The notes: generated by a model not told the origin, from the letters alone. 63,614 nt of DNA, filler included, from Octopus bimaculoides (GCF_001194135.2; 4 parts of 4 records of this genome joined end to end with filler, not necessarily neighbours in it), one strand, 5' to 3'; positions 40,340-52,476 are shown, counted from the whole stretch's first letter. Numbers and translations are program-made.

Positions 40340-40745
40340 AATATCCTGCATAAAAGTGCTTTCAACACCGTTCTAACTGCGCTTTAATATGCAAGTAAGA
40401 TGTGGCCTGTTACAAAATTTTAAAAAAACGAAAAACGATGAACAGCTACTATACTGGTAATTATGAAAGTATTTCATGCTAGGAATATCACTATGGGAAG
40501 ATATACGGAAAAAAACATTCATTCGAGGAAGGTATGCCGTGAACGATGTAATCGTGGAATACCGAAGTACAAGTTCTGTAAGGCTGTATATTTTGCAAGA
40601 ATAACACATAATAATGGCACATGTCCAGTTGTCAAATGGTGTCCAAAAGATCGGAAGAGGACCTGGTAATACGATATAATCAAACATTTTGGACCCAAAT
40701 GCCACAGAAGAGCACAAGCAAGGGAAGAATAGAACCAGTGACTAA
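40340..40745 (+). mobile_element. Old RTE-like LINE 3' fragment
   Basis: Degenerate YFARITHNNGTCPVVKWCPKDRKR resembles the RTE C-terminal GHVAR...W.P....R motif; many frameshifts. Confidence 0.5.
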
Positions 40746-40787
40746 TCTACAACAGACAGATACTGAAATGTATATAGATACCTCTGC

Positions 40788-40835
<48 letters not shown>

Positions 40836-41539
40836 NNNNNNNNNNNNNNNNNNNNNNNNNNNNNNNNNNNNNNNNNNNNNNNNNNNNNNNNNNNNNNNNN
40901 NNNNNNNNNNNNNNNNNNNNNNNNNNNNNNNNNNNNNNNNNNNNNNNNNNNNNNNNNNNNNNNNNNNNNNNNNNNNNNNNNNNNNNNNNNNNNNNNNNNN
41001 NNNNNNNNNNNNNNNNNNNNNNNNNNNNNNNNNNNNNNNNNNNNNNNNNNNNNNNNNNNNNNNNNNNNNNNNNNNNNNNNNNNNNNNNNNNNNNNNNNNN
41101 NNNNNNNNNNNNNNNNNNNNNNNNNNNNNNNNNNNNNNNNNNNNNNNNNNNNNNNNNNNNNNNNNNNNNNNNNNNNNNNNNNNNNNNNNNNNNNNNNNNN
41201 NNNNNNNNNNNNNNNNNNNNNNNNNNNNNNNNNNNNNNNNNNNNNNNNNNNNNNNNNNNNNNNNNNNNNNNNNNNNNNNNNNNNNNNNNNNNNNNNNNNN
41301 NNNNNNNNNNNNNNNNNNNNNNNNNNNNNNNNNNNTATATATATATATCCAAGAAAGTTAGGGGTTGTGAATAATATCTATCCAATACCACCTATTCCCC
41401 TCCATTTTCTTATTGCTATATATATATATATATATATATATATACTTGGATCACCTCAAAACGAAACAAAATGACTCGCTGGTCTTGGACTTATATGCAA
41501 ATAGATTGAACTATATTTGCTGATGTTCTGCAGCGTAGC

Positions 41540-41700
41540 TCATACAACAGGTTTCAAGCAATTTCCGTCCACCAAATTAACTCACACGGCATTGGTCGGC
41601 CTCGGGCTATAATAGAAGATACTTGCCCAAGGCTCTGTGCAGTGTAACTGAACACGAAACCTTATAATTGCAAAATGAGCTTCTTAACCACACAGCCATC
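41540..41700 (-). mobile_element. SINE family A 5' half
   Basis: Reverse complement of the family A head. Confidence 0.7.
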
Positions 41701-41829
41701 ATCGAAAAACCATTTATGCCATTAACCTGGTACATTCATTTTCATTTATTCATTGAACTGTGAACATTTGTATCACGCCTTTGCAGCCTGAGTATTGACA
41801 TTCCTTCGCCATAATTGTTCTCTGCATTG

Positions 41830-42216
41830 TTGCTGTTGGCACTCCGTCGGTTACGACGTCGAGGGTTCCAGTTGATCCGATCAACGGAACAACCTGCTCG
41901 TGAAATTAACGTACAAGTGACTGAGCACTTCACAGACACGTATACCCTTAATGTAGTTCTCTGGGATATTCAGCGTGACACAGTATGACAAGGCTGGCCC
42001 TTTGAAATACAAGTACAACAGAAACAGGTAGTAAGAGTGAGAGAAAGTTGTGGTGAAAGAGTACAGCAGGGTTCGCCACCATCCCCTGCCGGGGCCTCGT
42101 GGAGCTTTAGGTGTTTTCGCTCAATAAACACTCACAACGCCCGGTCTGGGAATCGAAACCGTGATCCTATGACCGCGAGTCCGCTGCCCTAACCACTGGG
42201 CCATTGTGCCTCCACT
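41830..42216 (-). mobile_element. tRNA-derived SINE family C, full length
   Basis: A box TGGCCCAGTGG, B box GTTTCGATTCC; 3' module ...gatcaactggaaccctcgacgtcgtaaccgacggagtgcc shared with 16885 and 24306. Confidence 0.85.
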
Positions 42217-43282
42217 GTTCTCCGCATATAGCATAAACATAAAAACTATATAAAATTCTAACAACTATTATTGCTGTTGTTGCAGTTCAGCTAATTGATG
42301 ATGATTCATTTCTCATGCAGATCGTTTATCGAAACATTCTTCACATGCCTGATGTAAACTAATCCTACCGTCCGTTTTCTTTTCTTTCTCGATATACAGT
42401 ACTCTGAATTACATCATTCAATTTTTCCTACAGTTGTTCAAGACAGATAAAGTATGATTTGAAGGACAATTTGGCAATTATCTGTTAGCAGATTGCGTTA
42501 GCGTCTACAAAAGACTTTACCCGTTCGCAAGTAAATTTGTTGTTCAGTTCACAGGCTGGCGGGCGCGTTGAGCCCTTCAACAAGGCCTTCGATCTGATGC
42601 TGTCTCATTTGAAAACGAGTACCAGCAAAAGATGGGGAGTTAATTTTGCGCTGGATTGGCGCTAGTATCATAGTTTCAGACATCTAAGTCTCACTGAACT
42701 CGGATTAGCTTCGGCTAAATGAGCCTGAAGGTTTGAGACAGACCTTAACTTAAATTTTAAATGGACAGCCTGCAAAACGCCTATATAGATGCATAGATCT
42801 CTTTATCTGTTTCTTCTTGGTTATTCTCCACAAATCATTTTTAAACCATTGAGACTGAAAACTTTTAAAAGACCACCCATTAAATAGAAAATAAAAATAA
42901 AATCACAAACTTCTTGGCACAGAAATCACTATATTTTATAGAAATAAAAATTGTAATATTCCACAAAAGTCATTTGCTTTATTACAAATACGTCTCCAAA
43001 TGTGTAGATTCCGCAATACTGTAGAGATTATTGTGTGACCACTTTCTAACATATAAGAATTATATTGCATTATATATAGCTTTGTCTTTGCTCTATTACA
43101 ACATCATACTTCATATGGTAATCCTGCGATGACATTTTCACAACAGCTGCTATTGACGTTGTACGTACACTTCATATTAATTACACTGTTTTTAGTAAGG
43201 TCTGGGAATAATACATGCATGTATATGTGTGTGTGTGTATACATATATGCATTTATATATATGAATACATTCATGTAAATAT

Positions 43283-43325
<43 letters not shown>

Positions 43326-44692
43326 CATGTATATATACGTATGCATATATAGAGTTATATTGTATTTCAATGTGTGTTTGTGTATATATACTATAAACAT
43401 ACACGCACATACAGATATACAGACATATATACATGATTATAGAGAATCTATCTGTTTATCCATCCGTATTTATATATAGGTAAATATGATGTATATAGAT
43501 GTATATATATATATGTATATGTATATATATATATTTATNNNNNNNNNNNNNNNNNNNNNNNNNNNNNNNNNNNNNNNNNNNNNNNNNNNNNNNNNNNNNN
43601 NNNNNNNNNNNNNNNNNNNNNNNNNNNNNNNNNNNNNNNNNNNNNNNNNNNNNNNNNNNNNNNNNNNNNNNNNNNNNNNNNNNNNNNNNNNNNNNNNNNN
43701 NNNNNNNNNNNNNNNNNNNNNNNNNNNNNNNNNNNNNNNNNNNNNNNNNNNNNNNNNNNNNNNNNNNNNNNNNNNNNNNNNNNNNNNNNNNNNNNNNNNN
43801 NNNNNNNNNNNNNNNNNNNNNNNNNNNNNNNNNNNNNNNNNNNNNNNNNNNNNNNNNNNNNNNNNNNNNNNNNNNNNNNNNNNNNNNNNNNNNNNNNNNN
43901 NNNNNNNNNNNNNNNNNNNNNNNNNNNNNNNNNNNNNNNNNNNNNNNNNNNNNNNNNNNNNNNNNNNNNNNNNNNNNNNNNNNNNNNNNNNNNNNNNNNN
44001 NNNNNNNNNNNNNNNNNNNNNNNNNNNNNNNNNNNNNNNNNNNNNNNNNNNNNNNNNNNNNNNNNNNNNNNTATATATACACATATATATATATGTTACG
44101 TATACACGTACATAAAGGCGTAATACAAATTGAACGGAATAATCATGTTTGTCTCGGTATCAAAACTCTGTTATTGATATTTAAACAACAATATAAGTTT
44201 ACCGAAATTTCCATCTTTGGAAATCATTCTATATTCCTCAACGATGTTTCACTAATCGCTTCAATATGGAGAATTAAACAATTTCCAATTCTCCTTCCTT
44301 GTATCACCGATGAGTACAGCAAGCTTTATTGTGAGAAACTTACTGACATAACGATTATTGGTAACAATTTAAAATACAATCATGACACTAACTGCATCAG
44401 CTGACTACTGTTACAGAATATCTATCTACCAATTAATCTATCTATCTATCTCTCTATCGATCTATCTCTATTTATCTCTATATATATATGTATGTATGTA
44501 TATATATGTATATATATGTATATATACATATTCATATATATATATACATATACATATATATATATATATTTATATATATATATATNNNNNNNNNNNNNNN
44601 NNNNNNNNNNNNNNNNNNNNTATGTATGTATGTATGTATGTATGTATGTATGTATGTATGCATGCATGCATGTATGTATGTATGTATGTATG

Positions 44693-44726
<34 letters not shown>

Positions 44727-44849
44727 TATGCAGGATACCATGAGTAAATTGTCAGCATTTTATATTTTTTGTTTGTTTTTGATTTTGTCGAATACATAAT
44801 ATAGTAGGGTCAGTTGGGCACCGTTTGTGAGGAAAAGAACACCATGGCG

Positions 44850-45363
44850 CAGTTCACTTTGCCAGAAATTTGGAATTCCCGCTTGAATCTCCAATACGAA
44901 CATTTCAGAACATTTGGGTGTCAATCTCAGGACATGTACCGAGAGTGATAAAATCAAACAGCCAGTCAACATCATAGTGTTTGGAGTGATCACTAGTGAT
45001 GGTGACATTATGCCTCCATTCACTTTCCCACACGGCCTCAGACTCAACACGGAGGCCTACATCAAGTGCCTGGAGGAGGTAGTGTTGCACTGGGTCAAAA
45101 GAGTGGCTGCTGGAAGATCCTATTTCTGGCAACAGGACTCTGCACCATGTCACATTAGCAGGAGGACCCAGTGGCGGCTGTCACACAATTTCTGGAACCA
45201 CATCACCCCTAGCATCTGGCCACCTAACTCCCCAGTCTGCAACCCTCTTGATTATTATGTGTGGAGCACAGTTGAGCGAAAGACCAACAAAACTCCCTGT
45301 AAGACCAAATATGAACTGAAGGCTTTCGTTGATTTATTGAACTCGTCAAGACAATCAAAATGA
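44850..45363 (+). mobile_element. Tc1/mariner (maT/DD37D-like) transposase fragment, internally deleted
   Basis: ORF contains VFGVITSDGDIMPPFTFPHGLRLNTEAY...WQQDSAPCH...WPPNSPVCNPLDYYVW, i.e. the second and third catalytic Asp motifs. The first Asp region is missing. Confidence 0.85.
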
Positions 45364-45514
45364 TGCTTGATTTTGTTTTGATGAGTTCGATAAACGAATG
45401 ATAGCACTAATAAAGATCAATCCAAAATCCCGACTGCCCCCTTTTTGTCAAAATACAATATGTGTATACCACTTCAAACACACACAGACACACAGACACA
45501 TACGTGCGTGCACG

Positions 45515-45570
<56 letters not shown>

Positions 45571-46064
45571 ACTGAGATCCCAAAAGCGATAGAGGGTACT
45601 GACTAGCACCGCTTTTGCTAAAAATAAGAGTTAAAAGAACTTAAAATCTACACAAGCACTGTCTTGATGACTAACAAAGGGAGGTAAGTCCCCACCTTAC
45701 GTAGTCGGATCGTGATTTTGAATTTTAATGAAGACCATCTTAATCCTCATCAGCAATTCTTAACGTTTTTGGTTTAAACTCAACTTCCTCTGTCAATCTT
45801 GTAAGAAAAACCACTGAAAACATGTGCCGATTTTCAAGACTGACAGGTCAAGTTGAGTTTAACCCTAGGCGTTAAGAGTCGCTATTGAGGATTAAGATGA
45901 TCTACATCAAAATTTAAAATCTCGATCCGAATATGTACGATGGAGACTTACCTCCCTTTTTTAATCATTAAGACAGTGCTTTTGTGGTTTTTGAGTTGTT
46001 TTAACTCTTCTTTTTAACAAAAGCGGTGCTAGTCAGTACCCTCTGTCACTTCTGTGACCTCCAT
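45571..46064. mobile_element. Foldback/MITE element with ~220-bp imperfect inverted arms, in protocadherin intron
   Basis: agagggtactgactagcaccgctttt (45591-) is mirrored by aaaagcggtgctagtcagtaccctct (~46019-46044). Complementarity continues inward through gggaggtaagtc/gacttacctccc and tcttaatcctca/tgaggattaaga. Confidence 0.85.
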
Positions 46065-46768
46065 TAATTTTAGCTTTAGGCTCTAATTGCTAATAAGCCA
46101 AGCTTTTTAAGTGATATGTATATATAATAGAAATAGGTTTCAAAGAGAAAGATAAACTACACGTGGTAGATATATGGGGAAAGTAAGAAGGAAAAAGCGA
46201 AAATGCACATTGGATATAAAAAAATAAAGGCTTTTTATGTAAAGTAACAATAAATATATACAATAAGATGAATTGAGGTAGAATTAAGAGGAATAAAAGT
46301 CATTATTTTGAATTGTTAAGGGGATTCAAAATCATACCGGTTTCGTCAATTGCTGTTCACCGGCTTTGAATGCGCACCGATTACCAAACGGTGTCGGGTC
46401 TACAAGTACCTGAGTAAAAAGATCATATACAAGGGAGGTAAGTAGTTCTGGGAGCAGTGCAGTTAGGGTAGGTGTAATGCTGTAATATAAATGGTGTATT
46501 GAATGTATGGGAATTAGTGGTATTAATGGTAAGGTTAGTAGTGTTCTATATCATGTTAGAACAACAACGACAACAACAACATCATCAACAATAACAAATA
46601 ACCTAATGACTAGATAAGGAAACTATATATAACAAGATATAACCTGTTTTATAAATGAAGCAACATTTAGAGTTATATGTGACGAATGTCACAAAACACC
46701 AATCAACCACCTTATCTATGCTCAGATAACTGAACATAGAAATCAGGCGAGAGCAAAGTTCACCCCAG

Positions 46769-46828
46769 CAGTGAAATGCGAACCACAGTGAAATGCGAAC
46801 CACAGTGAAATGCGAACCACAGTGAAAT
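46769..46828 (+). repeat. 17-bp tandem repeat (CAGTGAAATGCGAACCA) x3 plus partial
   Basis: Three perfect units followed by CAGTGAAATG. Confidence 0.9.
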
Positions 46829-47171
46829 GTATGAACCTAATGATATTACTAGTACTTTCGTCATTTGAATCAAGGAAAGTCAAGAGAGAGCGGGTAGAAA
46901 AGAGGGAGAGAGCGAGCGAGATAGATGGATAAAGAGAGAGAGAGANNNNNNNNNNNNNNNNNNNNNNNNNNNNNNNNNNNNNNNNNNNNNNNNNNNNNNN
47001 NNNNNNNNNNNNNNNNNNNNNNNNNNNNNNNNNNNNNNNNNNNNNNNNNNNNNNNNNNNNNNNNNNNNNNNNNNNNNNNNNNNNNNNNNNNNNNNNNNNN
47101 NNNNNNNNNNNNNNNNNNNNNNNNNNNNNNNNNNNNNNNNNNNNNNNNNNNNNNNNNNNNNNNNNNNNNNN

Positions 47172-47327
47172 AACTGTGTAGTTAAGAAACTCGTTTTGCA
47201 ACTACTTGGTTTAGGTGCTTCAGTCCCACTGCCTGGCACCTCGGCAAGAATTTTCTCCAATAGTCCCGGACGGATCAATGCTTTGATTGAGCGAATTTGG
47301 TAGAGAGAAACTGAATGGAAGTCCACA

Positions 47328-47365
<38 letters not shown>

Positions 47366-47520
47366 GTTTGTGTGTTCCCCAACTGCTTGACAGCCGGTGT
47401 TGGTTTGGTTACGTTCTCGTAATCCAGCGGTTCCTCAAAAGTGGCCGATAGAATGAATACCAGTCTTTAAACAAATAAGAACCGGGGACTAAATTTTTTG
47501 AGGCTGTGTCCCAGCATGCC
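47172..47520 (+). mobile_element. SINE family A
   Basis: Head, internal (TA)n and 3' part are colinear with other copies. Confidence 0.7.
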
Positions 47521-47616
47521 TAGAATACGCTTATCATATAAAAGACAAGTATTTCTTTTCTCCGCTGTCCTAAATCCAAGTGCTGCCATACACAAAACTC
47601 ATGAGTAGCTGGTGAT

Positions 47617-47825
47617 AAGACGGCGAGCTGGCAGAATCATTACCACGCCGGACGAAACACTTAGCGGCATTTCGTCCATTTTTCGCTACCACTAAGATCG
47701 ACTTTACCTTTCATTATATCAGGATCGGTAAAATAAGTACCAGTTGAGTACTGGGGGTTGATAAAATCGACTAAACCCTCTTCCAAAATTTCAGTCCTTG
47801 TGCCTAATGTAGAAAGGATTATTAA
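47617..47825 (+). mobile_element. tRNA-derived SINE family B
   Basis: gacggcgagctggcagaatc...cttagcggcatttcgtc...ctttcatt...aataagtaccagttgagtactgggg...ttgtgcct...gaaaggatt; homologs at 10135, 33385, 35385, 56322, 63060. Confidence 0.75.
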
Positions 47826-48031
47826 CTGAATATTAACTGGTAGAGCATCGAACAAATGCCAATAGCAGACAGGGTTATTAACTGAACTGGGGCAGAAGAC
47901 ACCTGTGAAACTCTTAGCACTTAACACTTCAACATCAGATGGACGACAACTTTTTATTACAGATTACTGTTGTGTGTATATACGTGTTTGTATGCATATA
48001 TGTAAGAATGAATGTATTTCTGTATGTGTGT

Positions 48032-48067
<36 letters not shown>

Positions 48068-48353
48068 ATACATACATACATACATACATACACACGCACA
48101 CTCACATACTTACATAAATATACTTTATTTGTGGGTGAACAAGGCAACCAGCAAAGCAACAAGGCATGCAAAGCGCTCGTCACAACTGTTCAAGTGTACC
48201 AACACTTCATGAGGCACACTTGATCAACTGCGAAGATAACTTCGCATGAAACCATCGGTTGCCTTGTTCATCCACAAATAAAGAATATGTAACCAACAAT
48301 GCAGTGTTGAGCTGTCATCCTTTCTGGTCGATATTAATGTATGCATAAATGTA

Positions 48354-48391
<38 letters not shown>

Positions 48392-48399
48392 CTTGTCTG

Positions 48400-48670
48400 T
48401 CTGTCTGTGTATGTCTGTATGAGCATGTATGTGTGTGTCTTTGTGTTTGAGTTTGTCTCTTTACCGCTTGATAGCCGGTGTTGATTTATTTACATAGCGG
48501 CTCGGCAAAATATATTTTAAAAAAACCCATAAAAACGATAGAATGAGTACTAGTTTTAGTACCAGTTTTGAAAGTAAAATTATGTACAGGAGTGGATTTG
48601 GGCGACAAGACCATTTAAGACAATGACTTAGCATGGCTTCAATCCAATAATTGAAACAAGTAAAAGATGT
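48400..48670 (+). mobile_element. SINE family A 3' half
   Basis: cttgatagccggtgttgatttat...agcggctcggcaaaa...gatagaatgagtact...gaaacaagtaaaaga. Confidence 0.55.
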
Positions 48671-48983
48671 TTTATATATGTATATCAACAGTTTACTTAA
48701 TCAGTGAAGCGGTCTTTCTTAAAGTATACGTTCTTCATATTTCCTATATTTACAATGTATTAAGTCTTTCGTTAAACTCTTTGAAATTTCATTCGAGAAT
48801 TGCATTGAATATACATATATACATACACATAAACATACATATAAATACATATAAATATACGTAGATATAAAATTACATATATACATACAGATAAATATAC
48901 ATACATGTAAACATACGTACACACACACACACACACACACACATATGTTTATATGCGTTTGCGTGTGCGTGTTCACACACATG

Positions 48984-49016
<33 letters not shown>

Positions 49017-49356
49017 ACTTGGGGGTGGTCATATTGCCAGTTTAGCCAATAAAAACATACACATACCTATACACAGATACATATATATATATATGCATTT
49101 ATTTGGGTATATAAGCAAAGAAAAACTACTGATGAATGTAGTAGAATTTATTTATTCACTCGAAGTTGATTATTCGCTACGCTGATACTCGGAGTATTTC
49201 GCTGTGATCCTTTAGTTGAGGAAGTTCGCACGTAGCGAAACTCTGAGTCTGAGTGGCAACTATGCGAATGTTAAAATATATAACGTATGTGCATGAATAA
49301 AAATAAAATATTAAAAAAAAAAATACAACCCAGACAGACGAAATACGTGAAGTTTG

Positions 49357-49585
49357 TTGGTGTAGTGGTTAGAGCGTTGCACTCTTAATCATAGGATCGT
49401 GGTTTCCTTTCCTGTACTGTGCAGTGAGTTGTGTTCTTGAGCAAAACACATCACTTCACGTTGCCCCGGTCCACTCAGCTGTAAATGCGTAACTCTATGA
49501 TGGACTGGCGTCCCGTTCAGGGATGCGGTTGTGACCTCGGTCGCTTATACGTCATGGAAAGCAGTGTAAGCTCCAGCCTTATGAA
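49357..49585 (+). mobile_element. SINE with family C head, ~80 bp from the large-exon donor
   Basis: A box GGTGTAGTGG, ttgtgttcttgagcaaaacac, ccactcagctgtaaatg, central gatggactggcgtcccgttcaggg. Confidence 0.7.
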
Positions 49586-49665
49586 TTCTAGGACTCGAGA
49601 CAGTAATGATGAGGATGATGATGGTGATGAAGATGATAATAATGAGAGAAAAAGAGTGTACTCAC

Positions 49666-52071
49666 CTGATTAGAGCCCTGGATATTTGAATGTAATTGTA
49701 CTCCAAGAGATGACCCTTTCCAACTTTGAGCTTTATAATCCGAGGGTGATTTTCGTTTTGGTAACGTTGCTGGTGAATTTCTGTTGGTGTTTTGGTCAAT
49801 CACCATAGTAACGGGGATGTTATAGTTTGTGGAAAGATGGTCGGACATGTATTCTGACTGTTTGCTTTCCGAAAGGAATTTGTTAGAAGCTTCTGGGGCG
49901 TCATAGTATTGAATGTCTCTTTGGTTGTTTCTTTGGATAATACATATGGTTATGGAAACCACGATGGCCACTGATACGATGACAGCTGCCACTATGGTAA
50001 TTATCACGAAATTTATATGTATTTTGTCCTCCGACTGGACATCGAGGGCCGTGTACATTTTCGATGTCTTGTTGCTGACGGTCAGGGACAAGGACAAAGT
50101 TGTAGTCGCGGACATCATCGGACTACCACTGTCTTTGACAATGAATTGAAGCTCGTATAGACCGGCATCGTTTTGGTAAACAGTTCGAGAGAAGGACACT
50201 ACTCCGGTATAAGGACTAACAGAAAATAGTTGTCTGTCGTTTCCTCCGAGTATTTCGTAGCGAAGGAAAGCATTTACATGACTATCTCTATCTGAGGCTC
50301 TTAATGTGGTGATATCGTTTTCACTCTGTGGATTGTAATAAACATCCAAACTGAAGGATTTTACACTGGGGAAGGTGAAATATGGGGCGTTGTCGTTCTC
50401 ATCCATTACTTCCACAACTACTTTAGCTGTGTTACTTAGTGACGGACTCCCATTGTCTTTGACTAAAACTTGGAATTCATAAATATCCTGTTGCTCTCTG
50501 TCTAACGAGTCACGTGTCGAAATGAATCCGAAATCTGAAATCTCAAACGGGAGCAGAATGTTATTGTCGGTCGATAAAGAATACGATAGTTGACCCCCAG
50601 GCCCTAAATCTGGATCAGTGGCATTGATGAACCCGACAGGGAAATTCGCCTCTTCGTTTTCGTACGTTAAAAACCTGAACACAGATTTAGTGAACTGAGG
50701 TTGCACATCGTTAATGTCTATTACTTGCAGAGAAAAATCACTGCTTGTCTCCAGTGGGGGAATACCGTTGTCTCGACAAACAATGGTGAACTGCATGTTG
50801 CTTTGTGTCTCTCTGTTAATGCGGTTTTTAACAACCACTTTATATTTTTTCCTTCCTAAAGTCTGCAGTTGTAAAATATCGTGTTCAAGATCACAATTTA
50901 CTTCACCGTTTCTGGCAGCGTCTTCGTCTGTGACTTTCACGAAAGCTATAAAGCTGCCAACATCGATCCCTTCGGAAATTCCTTTGGACTGAGAGATAAA
51001 GTTGACATCAATCATCGGAGGGTTATTTTCTTGATTTATGACATTCACAAGAACAATGGCAGCAGAACTAAGAGGAGGGATGCCTCCGTCCGTGGCCTCC
51101 ACCAATAACTTGTACATATGTTTTTGCTGTGAAGAAAATTTTCGCTGTAAAAATATTTCTCCGGTGTTTTTATTTAACAAGAAATAAGATTTGGATAATT
51201 CTGACGTCTTAGAACTGTATTGGTATGATACTTTACCATTTTTACCGTTATCAGAATCACTGGCAGATAAAACGACAACGGGTATATCTCTTTTGTGGGA
51301 ATTTCTGATTGATACATTATAAAGGTCCTTGCTAAATACAGGAGAATTGTCATTGACATCAGTCACCGAAATCTTGACATCTAAAATACCTTGTTTTTGT
51401 GAATATCCTCCGTCTTTCGCTATTACCTGAAGGTTGTAAGTATCTTTCACTTCCCTGTCTAAAGGTTTTTCAAGAACAATTCCAAGTTTCGATGTACCGT
51501 CTACTTTTTTGGAAACCGACAATCTAAATGGTTCGTCTCTGTTTTTCCTGAGTTGATAAGTTATTTGCGAATTTCTAATGCCAACATCATTGTCAATGGC
51601 GTTTGGTATAGATTTTGTGGTTCCTTTACCGTCAGTCTCTGAAAACTGGTGATTAATTTGTTTAAAAGGAAATTCAGGGTGGTTGTCGTTGATGTCTAAA
51701 ATAATCACTTTTATTTCTAAAATTTTAATGAAAGATTCTTTCTTTTGTACGGCAATGTCCACAGTTTCGTAGCATTCAGTATTATACGTACACAACGATT
51801 CGGCATCCAGTGTTTGAGCCGTGTACAGTTTCCCCGCACGAGACACGTTAAACAAATGAGAGTTTCTGGTTGCGTCCTTTTGCAATTGGCTAAACCATAT
51901 AAGAGTGCGGTCTCGTGCGGGAGCACTCTCTAATAGCTGAATATCAGCAGAAATATCACCTACGTAGGTACCTAAACTATGACCTTCCTCTATTCGATAG
52001 GTTAAATCTACAGAAAATACAGTTTCCAATAATGAAAACAAAAAACACAGATGTATCCACATGTTTTCCAT
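49666..52071 (-). CDS. Protocadherin, large coding exon (aa 1-802): signal peptide, six cadherin repeats, TM helix, proximal cytoplasmic region
   Basis: Open ORF 52071-49588. Hydrophobic leader MWIHLCFLFSLLETVFS; EC1 Cys pair LCTYNTEC; linker motifs DINDN, DVNDN, NQENN, DINDV, DENDN; LDRE and DxD motifs; TM INFVIITIVAAVIVSVAIVVSITICII (aa ~686-712). Consensus donor CAG|GTGAGT after Gln802 (phase 0) at 49666/49665. Acceptor ttttattttctgtttcag| at 52134/52133, 62 nt upstream of the ATG. Paralog identity cannot be assigned. Confidence 0.96.
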
Positions 52072-52133
52072 TTGGTAAGTAGAGATCCAAAAGAATCAAT
52101 GTGAAGCTGTCTGTTGCTGGGACGACATGAGAT
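52072..52133 (-). promoter_or_regulatory. 5' UTR part of the large protocadherin exon, containing a 10-codon uORF (52128-52096)
   Basis: Strong polypyrimidine/AG acceptor at 52134. ATG TCG TCC CAG CAA CAG ACA GCT TCA CAT TGA is in frame with, and stops 24 nt before, the main ATG. Confidence 0.6.
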
Positions 52134-52223
52134 CTGAAACAGAAAATAAAAGTGTTCACGTGTAAGTAACGTTATTATGTTTGTTTTGAATTAAATAACT
52201 GTACAATACGTGCATTATTATGA

Positions 52224-52385
52224 AGGTGCGTAGCATGACTGGTAGGATATTGCACTCACGGTCGTAAGAATGTAGTTTCGATACCTGGACCGGGTGGTGC
52301 ATTGTGTTCTTGAACAAAAGATTTCATTTCACATTTGTTCCTGTTCTTTCAGTTGTTAATAATTTCCATCAATTGCTGGAAAGCC
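52224..52385 (+). mobile_element. SINE with family C head
   Basis: Homologous to 49357-49480 and to the reverse complement of 52765-52892. Confidence 0.6.
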
Positions 52386-52443
52386 TGCCTTATCTATCTT
52401 TCTATCTATCCATCCATCCATCTATCTCTCTATCTATCTATCA

Positions 52444-52476
<33 letters not shown>

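Noticed and set aside
46769-46828. CRISPR-like array
   Set aside because: Units are directly abutting with no spacers; eukaryotic context; no cas genes.
49913-51933. Short ORFs overlapping the protocadherin exon
   Set aside because: Alternate-frame or antisense by-products with no independent features.
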